From assembly GCA_004764695.1 (NCBI GenBank), contig SMSO01000035.1:4166040-4230039 (forward strand): 64,000 nucleotides of DNA, written 5' to 3'. The DNA comes from Schizochytrium sp. TIO01. Lineage: Eukaryota; Protista; Bigyra: Labyrinthulomycetes. The position numbers were made by a program, and so were the translations under genes. Below the pieces are notes generated by a model. It was not told the DNA's origin. It made no database searches and saw nothing but the letters and a program-made list of their open reading frames with translations. Positions 40,764 to 52,500 of the stretch are shown piece after piece (the first letter of the stretch is position 1; every line of letters begins with the position of its first letter).

Positions 40764-42414
40764 TCTTGGCGCCCCACGAAGGCCTAGGTAGAACCGAGCT
40801 CTGCGCCTGAGGCGGTCTACGTAGAGCAGCGCTCCTGAAAATCTGAACGGCTTCGGAGGCCAAGTTCTTGTCGAAGAAGAACTCGCGACGGCCTGAGGAC
40901 AAAGGAGGGCGAACGGAGCTTCTTCGAGGGAGGGCAGGTTCTGGAGGGAGCGGGATTCGTTGGGGTCGAGAGATCCTTGCCCGCATCCCTGGTTTGTGAT
41001 GTCCTATCCCTCTTCGTGACACCAAGTAAGTAAGTCGAGCTGGAGATGCCGCTTTCTGCCGTTGTACTCGTGACAAGGACCAGGCAGGCTGCTTGAGGAC
41101 CTCCTGGAGCGGGCTGGCGGCCTGGGCTCTTGGGGCCCCAGGTCTCTTCGAGGCGGCGAAGCGCAAACGAGCTTCGCTTCGTCGGAGAACCGCGAGCGAG
41201 CGAGCGAGCGAAAGAAAGGGAAAACGAACGAACGAAAGAATCAGTGAGTGATCTGACTGATCGATTGATTCGGCCTGAGATCGTGCGTAGCTCGCTAGGA
41301 ACGCATCTCCCTGAGCAGAGAGAGAGAGAGGGGGAGAGAGAGACACCCACGCTTGCAACCTGCCTTGCCTTGGCCTGCCTTGCCTGCCTTGCCTTGCCTT
41401 GCCTAGCCAGGAAAGGAAAGGAAAGGAAAGGAAAAGCCTCAGTCAGCCATGCCTGAAACGAAGACGCACACCTCGATCGAGGCCCGGCCACTCAGCACTC
41501 GGTTCGTTTCCCGTCACGGCACCGAGTGCCAATCGATCCTCGCTGCGAAAGTAAATGTGTGCAACGGACATCACGCACTTGAGGTCATCGTGACAGTCGG
41601 TTTAGCGTCCGATGGCGAGAAGAATGACTGACCTTCGTTTGCCGAGGACTGACTGTCCTGGAACTAGTTTCCTTGAGCATCAAGATGGAGGATCTTGAGA
41701 AGAAGCAAGCTCTGCAGTGTGAGGAGGGCTTAGAGGATTGATTGCAAGGCGGTGGCTGTGAGCAACTCTGCAATTATCATGTGTGCGATGCGGAGAAGGG
41801 TGGCAAGGGGTGGACGCTCTACTATTTATTGTTATTTATTATTATAAAAGTACTACCTACAGATGAATTTTAGTCGTCTAGCGATTTCTAAATAGGAACC
41901 AATTCGCTCCTGGTAGCTGCTACATAAGTAGACAGGTTATTTACCTAGTACGTACATCATGCATACATGCATACATGCATACATGGAGGAGGAGGAGGAG
42001 GAGAGGGAGGAATGCGAAGTCATGATCAATCATTTGCTGCGGGAATCTGAACACGAAGACCTACCCAGGTAGTAGTATTAATTATCTAGGTAGTATTTTG
42101 TGGAAACCAGACAACTTCATCTGAATGAGTTAGACGCAAACAGCAGACGGTCTAGAGGAAACAAAAACAAAAGAGAACAAAAAACAATGGAACAGCGGCA
42201 GCATCGCACAGGCACGCACCAAGAGGTGGTTCGTATACTTCGAGGGTTAGATACGCTTTACCCATTTCTACTTGATATTTATGCTACATGAGATGGAGCG
42301 AAAGATGCAATGGGAAAAGGGCTAACATGGGGAATAGAGACGAAGTGGCGAAACGCAGCGCAACATCAAGACAATGCACAGCACGGCATGAAGCGACACA
42401 ACATAGCGCAATAC

Positions 42415-42480
42415 AACGCAACGCAACGCAACGCAACGCAACGCAACGCAACGCAACGCAACGCAACGCAACGCAACGCA
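42415..42480. repeat. (AACGC)n pentanucleotide microsatellite downstream of PIP5K
   Basis: About 13 exact copies. Confidence 0.96.
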
Positions 42481-42571
42481 AAACGACATAAGATAAGATA
42501 GAAGCCTCAAGACAAAAGTATAGTGTTCATGTCCTTGTGTAAAGAAAGGCGTACGTCTCATCATCGATGAG

Positions 42572-44372
42572 TTACTCCACATGCGCATCAACGAATTTAA
42601 CGAAGCGGGACGCATATCGTTGTGGACTGACTGCCGAGATGCCAGATTCGCCACCTTCAACAATGGACTTTAATATATTTTCAGTTCGCTTGCGGGCATT
42701 GTAAAGCTGCAAGATGTCGATGATACCAAAATAATATATTTCGGTACCAGGGCGACCTTGCGCATCTACAGCCTCGACAGGCGAGAAGATAGAATCGGGT
42801 GGAGGAGGGTCATCAAGCTCAGTATAAGACAAATCTGTCATATCATCGTCCTCTCCCACCCCAACACCACCATCATCGAGTTCCTCGTCTTCTTCAACCT
42901 CCTCTAGAATGTGCTGCTCAGTGAGTGGACTATGAGCGGGAGAACCCATATCCTTGAAGCCTACAGAGCCTTGCCCGGAGGATGTTGGAGTTCCACGAGG
43001 GGGGAACGCCTCGCCCTGGGAGACCTTACGAGAGTGCATTCGCTCCAAGCCCAGCACTCGCGAAGATTGACCTGTCAGGGTTGCAATACGATCAGAATTG
43101 GGCGCGGCCAATTTGTTGTGAATACCAACGAGTAAAGAATAATCCATAATATGCAGCTTTGCCAGGAAAAAAGCATCACGTTGAAGTTGGTCCATAAATT
43201 CCGCTTTTTTAGGGCCAAGCTTGAAAGTTTGCTCATTGTTGATGAGATCAAGATCCTTATACACAGCCTCCCCACGTTTTGCTGCGCGGCCCACAGTTGA
43301 CCCCTTCAGGTCATAGACCGTGTGAATGCGCCTAGAGGCAGCGTTTCCATACACGGACTTGAGAATGACAAAGTGTAAACTCGAGCGCATGTTAGAGAGC
43401 TTGATACGATGCATGCCACAAATGCGGACCAGAAGCGAGTTCTCGCTATTCAACATGTACATGCAATATTGAGTTAACACTTGACGTAAAAACTTGGACT
43501 CGGCCTTTGTCTGTGTCTTAATCAAATAATGCCCATCGTTTGAATAAAAAAAGAACTGTCCCGACTTTGAATTTGTAACAAACTCAATGTAATTGTACGA
43601 AGACGCTAAGGAAAGAAGATAATCAGCATCGTCGATGCCAAATTTAGCTCGAAGGCGGCGAAAGACCTCTTGCGAATAGTCTTTGAAGAGAAAACGTGAC
43701 GAGAGATGATGAGCAGGCGTGTTTGAAGAACCTTGTGGGTCGAAGACTATACGGTCTACACGCATGAAGTCATCTGTGGTGAGATCTCGACGAGCTTGGT
43801 TAGGATCAGCATCAGGGCCGTAGAGTCCTTGGCGAGAGACTGAAAAACGAATACCGAGCATCATACAATAAGTTAGGATATATTGATCATGATCTTCCGT
43901 GATTTCACCCTTTTTACGACGGTGGTGCTCTCCAGTTTTCACATGCGATCTTTCGTAGCGTTTCATTACTGGTTGATGTGGCTGCGGGAGGATGTCCACA
44001 TGCTGTTCATCTGTGACTGACATGGTCCCACTCATATCATCAGGGACATCTTCTGCTACACCAGTAGGATCCGAAAGTGTTCTTCGAACCTCAGATTCCT
44101 CTTTGACATTTGGTGCTTCACTCATAGGCCGCAGGTAGCGTATGCTTCCGCCGTGTCCATTTCTGTTGCGAAATGCACGGTATTCTTCTACAGGCAGCCC
44201 TGCGGCACTTGTGGCAGCAGCAACAACGCTAAAGCGAAAACCGTTCATCTCATCCGACATATAGGCCTGATGTTGCGGCGATCCAAGATTGTCAATCTCT
44301 GGCACGTACGTAGGGCTTCCTTGCCGGCGATGTTGTTTCTGAATATCCTGTTTGCTCAATCCAGACTGCTGC

Positions 44373-44405
<33 letters not shown>

Positions 44406-44497
44406 TGCAAAACATGTTCTTTCTCGTGGTGCCCCACAGCATGCTGGGAAGATGTCGAAGACCCAGATGACAGCCTGCGACCTGTCTTTGAACCCAT
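42572..44497 (-). CDS. Phosphatidylinositol-4-phosphate 5-kinase (type I / Mss4-like)
   Basis: Motifs MMLGIRFSV, FKDYSQEVFRRLR..FGID, SKSGQFFFYS.DG.YLIKT, YDLKGS, KDLD, IMDYSLLVGIH, YYFGIIDILQLY. The activation loop RKRTEN has the type I Glu. N-terminal polyQ and an acidic insert. Confidence 0.96.
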
Positions 44498-45684
44498 CTT
44501 GTATATATATTAATGTATGTATGTATGTATGTATGTATATCTATATAAATAGATAGATCCCTCGCAGGCACTTCAAGTGCAACACTCGAAGGTAGTTTCC
44601 TAATTTCTAAGTTCAGGATCTGGAAGTCCTTTGCCTAATAATCAGCTAACCTTTAAATTAACCCCGCTCGCTCAAAACCTTGACCAGAATTGACGCAAGA
44701 ATACCCAGAGGGCGGTCACACGAATAGCAGGCTATTTCTAAATCCCTCGTTGATGCCAAGCCAGCGCTTCCGCGAGATCTACTCCCAGCAAACCTGTGCG
44801 AAGAAGGATCCCGAGATCCTCTATTGTGGATATATTAAATATGACCAAATATTAGCGACCCCGAGGAGGTTGACCTTGGTGCTTCCGACTTATCTTGCAG
44901 TGCAACCAAGCAGCAATGACCACGAGGGTTCTGCCGGAGCCGTTCGTGGCCCTGAAAGACACCAGTTCTTCGTGCTGGAGTTATCTCTGTGTCGTCCTCG
45001 TTGTCTCCAAGAGCGAAGCGCGTGAACAGGCGGGTGAATGACCAAATAAAACGAGGGAAATGGAACGAAAATGGCGCCTCGCATGCACACACCCACCGGA
45101 CCACCGCCTCCACCCGGTAGACCTAGGTATCACCACGAAAGAAGACCCGGGGCTACACAGCCCTTGGCTACGAACTGCGCTCTCCGCCGCCGCGACCGCT
45201 CCTCCGCGCGCGATCGAGGCGGACTTGTCGAGGAGTTCTTGCTCTGCTGACCTTGTCTCCTGAGGTACCGGAGAAACCACACCTAAACTACCCTAAACCT
45301 TTTATTTTCCCGAAACTACTTTTACCTCACTAAACTACAAACACGTGTGTACGCTCGGCTCAACTTAAGTTACATACTACCCTCCTCAGGACACTGTTGT
45401 GAATTGGTACCGATCCGAGGTACAGAGGTCCTAATCCACTCCTAATCAGTTACCATAAACTCAGAGGACCAACGGAGCCTCCTTTTTCTTTGCTCTTTCC
45501 TTTCTTTTTCCTTTCTTTCAAGTTCTGAGTTATTCGTTACTATGGAATAAAAGACAGAGTAATTCTTTTTGGACAACGTGGACTGTACTAAAAGTGGAGC
45601 AGGATTTAGGATGAATAAAAGTGACAAAGTTGTGGACTTGAACTTGCGGTCAGAACGTAAAGTGGTGTCCTTTGGGCAGGAAAG

Positions 45685-46602
45685 ATGGTGTCTGCGGATG
45701 TGGAGATGATGAAGAAGTGGGCATTCGTGGCGGCCACGGCAGCATCTGAGGTTGTTGGGTCGTGCGAGTCTGGGGCTGTCCAGAACGGTACTTCGTCTGG
45801 ATGCATGTTCAACCTTGAAGATGACTCTTCATTCTTTCCGAAGCTGCCATGGGGCTTGAGCTTACCGTCTCCGCCTGCATACTACGATAAACTACTGCTG
45901 TTTGCGTATTGTGTCGTTGTTGTGAAAAACACAGACCCAGTGTTAACCCGGGTAGTACACAGAAACAATCCGGTCATGTCGTTCTTAACCTCGGTCCTGG
46001 CAGGGTTTGGAGGCAGCCTCATCACACCCGCGCTGCTTGGACTCCAGGCACCGCCCGTTGTGGACCCAAAGCTACTCATGATGATGCTTCTTGCTTGGAT
46101 TTTGTACCACAACACTTGTTTCGGAAAACTGTGGCAGCAAACTGTTAATGATAGGCTTGCTGATTCTTTCTTGAAAGCTGGCTTTGAGATTTTCAGGTGC
46201 TTTGTTATGTTTTCTTGGTATAAGAAGTCGTACGCACTCATGGAGACACCAAGGTCAAGGATTCTTGCACCCATCATCTGCGGCACACTCGGCAGCTGTG
46301 GAGGTGCTTTTTTGCCATTCAGCAAGGGCCTTACCCCACTTGAGGCTGGTGTGCCGTGGAATGCAGAATCCTCATTTTATGCAATGGTCTTCTATCACGG
46401 TATTCGCAATGCCTTCGATCCGACGCCACTTGACCTTGAGAATTTGCAGCTTGCCATTTGCCTCGCAATGGTCTTTTGCAGGGTTTTCCCTTCTATGGCA
46501 GATATCATCGTGAGCCCAATTAGATACCTTCTGCGCGGCGTCTGTGGTCTTGCCTTTAAGCTGCCTGAGGATGCTGCAGCTGCCCATGAGAAACAAGACT
46601 AA
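45685..46602 (+). CDS. Trimeric intracellular cation channel (TRIC/TMEM38)-like membrane protein
   Basis: Multi-pass hydrophobic protein with the two internal-repeat glycine motifs NPVMSFLTSVLAGFGGSLITPALLG and IICGTLGSCGGAFL. The start codon is uncertain (several ATGs near the 5' end). Confidence 0.75.
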   Translation: MVSADVEMMKKWAFVAATAASEVVGSCESGAVQNGTSSGCMFNLEDDSSFFPKLPWGLSLPSPPAYYDKLLLFAYCVVVVKNTDPVLTRVVHRNNPVMSFLTSVLAGFGGSLITPALLGLQAPPVVDPKLLMMMLLAWILYHNTCFGKLWQQTVNDRLADSFLKAGFEIFRCFVMFSWYKKSYALMETPRSRILAPIICGTLGSCGGAFLPFSKGLTPLEAGVPWNAESSFYAMVFYHGIRNAFDPTPLDLENLQLAICLAMVFCRVFPSMADIIVSPIRYLLRGVCGLAFKLPEDAAAAHEKQD

Positions 46603-47158
46603 CTTACGATGGAAGCCTGATGACTGATTATGCCCAAGGGTCATAACTTTTCTTCAGGAAAGCGTGCCCCACGCTCTTTTAAGCTTTGGGAAAGACGATT
46701 TGAGAACTGTTGTCAAGGTACGAATAGCCCATGTAATCTAGAAGCCTGCAAGATCAACTTTACTCCTGCCAATACTGTCGACTCTCGTCTTTCGGTTGCG
46801 TTGTCCATACGTTTTCACTCATTATGGCAAAAAATAAAAAATTTTAAAATGACGGCAGCACGAAGAGAGTAAGGAAAGAACAAGTAAACAACAAGACCTC
46901 GATAAGATTGAGGTTGGAAAAAGTTTGGCTTGTATGTGATTCACATTGAATGTATGTCCCCAAAAATATGCAGGTACATTCCACCATACTCTTTTGCACA
47001 TGCACAACAATGTATGGAGTATGCACATTTTGCTTGATTTTATTCGCACAGAACCTCAGCAATCGAATTTACTAAATACCAAAAGATATACTAATCTGCC
47101 TATTACCACCACTGAACATCACCACCCCCATTCCAGGATTTAATTGGCCTTACTTCTC

Positions 47159-47938
47159 TCACTTGAAGAACTTGCCAATCTTGCCAAACTTGAACTTGTG
47201 CTTGTTCTTGTACTTGTACCCCTTGTGCTTGTACCCTTTGTTCTTGTAAGCCTTGTTCTTGTAAGCCTGTGTGACAAACCATTAACCATGCATCCACACA
47301 AAAAAAACACAAAAAAAAAGACAGCTGTCAGCAAACCTGTTGTTTTAAGACTCTTGCAATCGTAATCTTAGCAAGCGCTACTTTGTCTTTGCCTAAACGA
47401 TCCATGTTCATGACACTCGCAAATATAATTGCAGTGACATGTATCTAGTAGACGGCTCAAAACTTACCTTGTGTGGCTTTCCACCTGCCACTACCACTGT
47501 GTGTACAGGTTGCTGCACGTACACCGGCTGCTGGTACACTGGCTGCTGAGTATACACAGGTTGCGGCTGAGGGTGCTGATAGTGCGGCTGTTGGTGGTGC
47601 GGCTGTTGGTGGTGAGGCGGTTGTTGATGATGTTGGACCTGCTGATGATGCTGTGGAGGCTGCATTTGCATGTGGTGACCTCCAGGCGCAGGGTACGGCT
47701 GCTGAGGTGCTGGAGGCTGCTGGTAAGGCGCATAATGAGCTTGCGGGGGAGCCGCATACGGCACCTGCTGGGCCGGGTAAGCACCTGGTGCGCCATAGTA
47801 CGCCGGCTGTGGCACAGGAGCTCCATGAGGAGGAGGAGGAGCCTGTTGCGCCGGCGGGTACGCCGGAGCACCGATCGCCTGCTGATAGATCGACTTGCCA
47901 GCAGAAGCCTGCTGCGCATACGGGTTGTAGCCCGACAT
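47159..47938 (-). CDS. Two-exon Pro/Gln/Tyr/His-rich protein with Lys/aromatic repeat tail (192 aa); exons 47938-47468 and 47266-47159
   Basis: Exon 1 ends CACAAG|GTAAGT (phase 0). The acceptor TCACACAG| precedes 47266. Exon 2 reads AYKNKAYKNKGYKHKGYKYKNKHKFKFGKIGKFFK-TGA with the biased codon use typical of the other genes. Confidence 0.85.
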
Positions 47939-49583
47939 CGTTGGCTCGGCGCAGGCGAAGGACCCAAGTCTACGCCGAGGTGGGACAAATTGGCTTTAAT
48001 TCTTCATCGAGTTCGCAATTTCTGATTCTCTTTGTTCTCGCGCGCCTGCGGATGTCCTTGGACGTGTAAGCTCTGGCGGCTCTTTCTTTTCTTTCCTCTT
48101 ACAATATCTTCGGACCATTTTGTAGAGGAGGCTTGTTGGTATGGCAAAATGAACACGTCGCAATATTGGTAAAGATCATGATATCGATGCAGACAGAGAG
48201 AACTTTGTGGACGGAGGGTGCTTCAAGTTGAGGCCCTCGAGCTCGAGAGGGAAGGAAGCTTGAGCTTGGCTTTGTGGCGTGAGGTGAATGCGTGCTGTTC
48301 GCTCTTGAGCTGATGACAGCGTGGTGCAGAGAGTTTGATTCCTTGACTTGAGTTGTCAAGAGTTCGTTTGCTTGACCGTGTGCTTGTTTAGATAACTTCG
48401 ACTGCTGGAGTTTTTGCGATTGAGATGGAGGTTGCACATTGCACGATCAACGAACCGACTCACTCACGTGGACCGACTGACGGTTCTTTTGGAGAAAAGC
48501 AAATGAAGATATCAAACCAATGCACGATTCGAGCATTTTGACGCAAGTGAGAGCTCACGGATCCCGGAGGTTTCGACCTCGAGACGCTGGAAACTGCGCG
48601 GAGGAATGAATGGAAGGGTTTCGGATTGTGTAAATAAAGGCACAGCCTTAGGTTCGAGATGTGGTAAAAGGAAAGGGCTAATCTGCAAAGCACTAGGCTT
48701 TGCAAGAAACACAACGCAGAGCGAACCTATTGCAGATAAGGGTGCATTGACCGCATATGAAGAGTGACAATAGAGCAAAGCAGCTCTGACAAGAGGACAG
48801 ATGTGAAAAGTAGTGAGGTCATGCGATCTAGCAACCTTATAAAGGAAGACCATTTCATTCTCTAGAGGTTTCTTGTGAGAAAAAAGTTGAAGCTGCACAT
48901 GTGTGCAAAAGCTAGGAACACCAGAATCACCACCACATGCAATTTAGTACGCCAGGCGGGTTCTAGTATGTAGATACCTGCGTAAAGGCCTCAGACAATT
49001 ATAATATTTCCATTCCTTTTCTTTTTCCTTCCATTTTTCTTTTCTCTTTTTCATTTATTTTTTTTCTAATGGAAAGGGACTCTTTAGCAGTGTACCTTCC
49101 TTCACCGAGCAATGACAATTCAAGGCCATACCTTTATCTGAGCTCCCATCTCATCGAAGTCAAAGGGTCTGGGAAAGATGTGTTCGTGTTTGTTTCTTTA
49201 AGGTGTTAAGGGTCGTCTGCCTCGCATTGTATCTAGCTTTGATAAACCCCTCACTGCCTAGACTGCGCGAAGTTTTGGGATGATTCAGATAAAATGGTCC
49301 AACGGGTCGATAGCCCATTTTGTAAACGGTCATATTATTGGGAGACTCGTAGCAGCAGTCTAAGCTTGCTTGGTTATAGAATTATAGAGCACTATATTTG
49401 TACCTTTTGCAGAAGTGGACCAGAGTTCTTTTGCAAGAAGCTCGGGGCTCGCGGCATTGATCAGAGCCCGCAGAGGAGACCCGATCAGACGCAACTGAAG
49501 AAGCGTAGCGTTTTGCTGTTGAAGCGTTAGAACTTGGTGGCAGCGGTGTTAATCCTCATTCTGCTGCACCAAGGGCATTGGCC

Positions 49584-52500
49584 ATGGAGGACCAACTTGT
49601 GCACAGCGCACTAGGGCTCCTTGGAGGTGGTCCTGGTCTTCGCGACGAGGACATCGCTAATGTGCAAGAAAGCAAAGCTGATGTGGATGACGATGTACGA
49701 AGCACAATCAGCAGTTTCCTTGGAGGTGCTAAAATTAGAAGCCTGCTCCTGACCGTAGATGACAACACCGGTAAACTATCTGCAACTACCCGAGTTGAAG
49801 AAACTCTTCGGGGAAACTTTAGGAAAGCAGCTAAAGATGGCAATCTACGTCATATTTGCTATGTGAAGCAAAGTTGTGGAGTCGTTAATGATGTCTCCCG
49901 GGATCTTATTGTCACTAGTGGATGCTCTCTGGAAGCATTTTACTACTGCCTTCATGAGGTCTACGGCCCTGCGGCGGGTGGACCAGCTCGCGAACTTGTA
50001 GACCGTCTTGATGAAGACCTTCGAGAAGTTGTTTCCCAGGATGGTGTACTTGGTCTTGACGAGGAACTCCAACATTACGAGAACCAACGCAAGGGCAAGG
50101 CAACTGCAGCCTTACTACGACAACTAGTCGAGGCGGCTAAGATTTCACCTGAAGAACTTGTAGATGTGGCAGCAACTGCCCTCCATGACTTGCGTGGCGA
50201 ATCATACCCAGATTTTCGCCTGCGTGAACTTGTTTATGTTATTGAAACCCAATATATTTTTGGAGGTAACAACAAAAGCGAAGAATCCGTATGGTCTTTG
50301 ACCCGTCCTCAGCTTGAAGACCGTGTGCGCGTTGGCATTCAGTGGATTTCTCTTCTTCGAGAGCTCGAACTCTCGGGCTCTGCACAAACAAATTCATCCA
50401 AAACACTTCAACGCCTCGAGGACGTTGCGCGGATCCGGACCACGCAGGAGGAGTTGCGCCGTTTACTTGGTGATGAAGACAGCAATAGTGTATCGGATGG
50501 ACCTGATAATAGAGCTGATTCAAGCCTACTCTCTTCTGAAAAGGTGTGGAACGGTAGTCTCGTTGCTTTTGAAGGCAGCTTCCTTCGTATGGAAAAAGTT
50601 GTGGCTAGTCAGCTTCGTTCCCGCCTTGGCGCTGTAGCTCCTGAAAGAGTTCTGAGCCTTTTGATTCAATATAAAACAGTTATGACCCGGCCTAATATGC
50701 GAACTATGCTAGTGACTGAGCGCGAAACCGCACTAGCTAGCATTTCACGCATGCTTGAAGAAATGGAAGCAGAATTTGATGCCCGCTCAGGGTCTCCACC
50801 CACAAGCAAAGCCAATACTTCTCCCGTAATTGCAGGTATATTATGGGCTAAGCAACTTCTCTACACTGTTGATACAATGACTGAAACTGTTCGTGAGCTT
50901 TTAGATGACCTTGGTGCCTGTGATCGCGTCCTGGATACCTCGCGGAGCTTGGCTGGTCGATTGGAATCATGGCAGGCTGACCTCTTTCGTGACTGGTGCA
51001 TGGAAATGGAAGACGATGAGGAGTCTCTCGGGCTGCATGGTCAGCTGCTTGAAATCGATATGAACGGAATTGTCTGTGTCAACTTCTCTGAACGCCTTGT
51101 GACACTTTTGCGCGAGGTTCGCCAGTTTACTGAACTTGGCTTTAAAGTACCATCTCATGTTCGCGAAGCTGCCAAAAAAGCTGAGCAGGTCTACCACCAC
51201 GGTGTAATGTTGAAAAAAACAGCAACCCTTTTCAACTCAATGGAGACTCAGATCATTCCTTCACAAAAAGCAATGCTCTTTGATGCCCTCGTAGAATTTG
51301 AGACACAAATAACCCAGAGTAAGATGGTATGGGATGAGCACAGTGACCCGTCAACATGTCGGAATTACGTAAATCAGCTTCGTCGAGCAGCCGATAAGCT
51401 CACACAAGAGAATCGGCAACTACAAAAGACCCATCAAGTTCTTGGAAACCTCACTGTTCAACTCATGGATATTGATCTTTTACGGCATGGAGAACGCTGG
51501 CGGCAACAATGGGGCAAAATGACCCAGCTCATGAATCGAATGGAGGCTTCGTATGCTCCTAAGCGAATGCGCGCTTGGAAGCTGCACTGGGACCATCAAG
51601 TATACAAAGCTTTGGAATCTTCATATCGACTTGGTCTTGAGACACTCAATGAACAGCTTGGTGAGATTAAGGCTGAGATTGTGTTCTCGCACTCTACACA
51701 TAGCCTACAATTTCGCCCACCACTTGAAGAGCTCCGTGCAACCTATAATCGCAAAATGAAAAAGTTCATTTCCATTCCTGCCTCTTTCCAAGGCTTTAGT
51801 GCGGCATCGAGCTTGTACGTCAAAATGGCTGATCGCAACGCGGAGTCTCTTCTTCAGGTTTACCGAAAAGCCGAGGAACTGTTCACTCGTCTGGAGGACT
51901 TGTGTGATTCTTTCTCCTCCTATGTAACGCTTGGTAAAGTTGTTGACCTTGACGCTTTCATCGAATTTCTGAAGCTTCAATCGGCTGCTGATTTTGAAGT
52001 CAACCTAAAGTCCCTCAAAACGCGTCGAAAGGAACTTGACAAGATTCAAGACTTTTACAAGGTTGATTGTTTTGCTATTAGCACTGTGGCTTTGAAAATG
52101 TCTATTCAGGACCAGCTGGTACGGCTTGGTGACTCTCTTCTCGTGGCTCTCCGCCGCAATGTTCTGACTGTTCTGAAGGAAGTTGATAGCTTTCTAACAA
52201 CCTCCATGGAGCGTCTGAGCACTCGCCCAGAGTCGATCTCGGAGATTTCTGATGCAACAGCTGAGTGGAACCGTATTTCTGAGAACTCCCCGGGCATCAA
52301 GCTTCAATGGGATCGCATCGAACCGGCACGAAAGCTTCTCTTAACCTCGCATAGCAACCAATTGGATATTAGTGAAGTGCTTGAAATTCATGCGCGTCTT
52401 CCATCTCTTTGGGATAATTTTGAAGTTGCACTTGTGGCCTTTAATGATATGATTCATGACCAGCGAGAAGCCCTCAAGGCCCGTGTTGATGATGATGTGG

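Noticed and set aside
40696-41491. 220- and 224-aa minus-strand ORFs
   Set aside because: Non-ATG starts, composed of translated microsatellites, and no recognisable protein features.
47471-48069. 184- and 198-aa plus-strand ORFs
   Set aside because: Antisense to the repetitive Pro/Gln-rich exon, whose codons lack reverse-strand stops.
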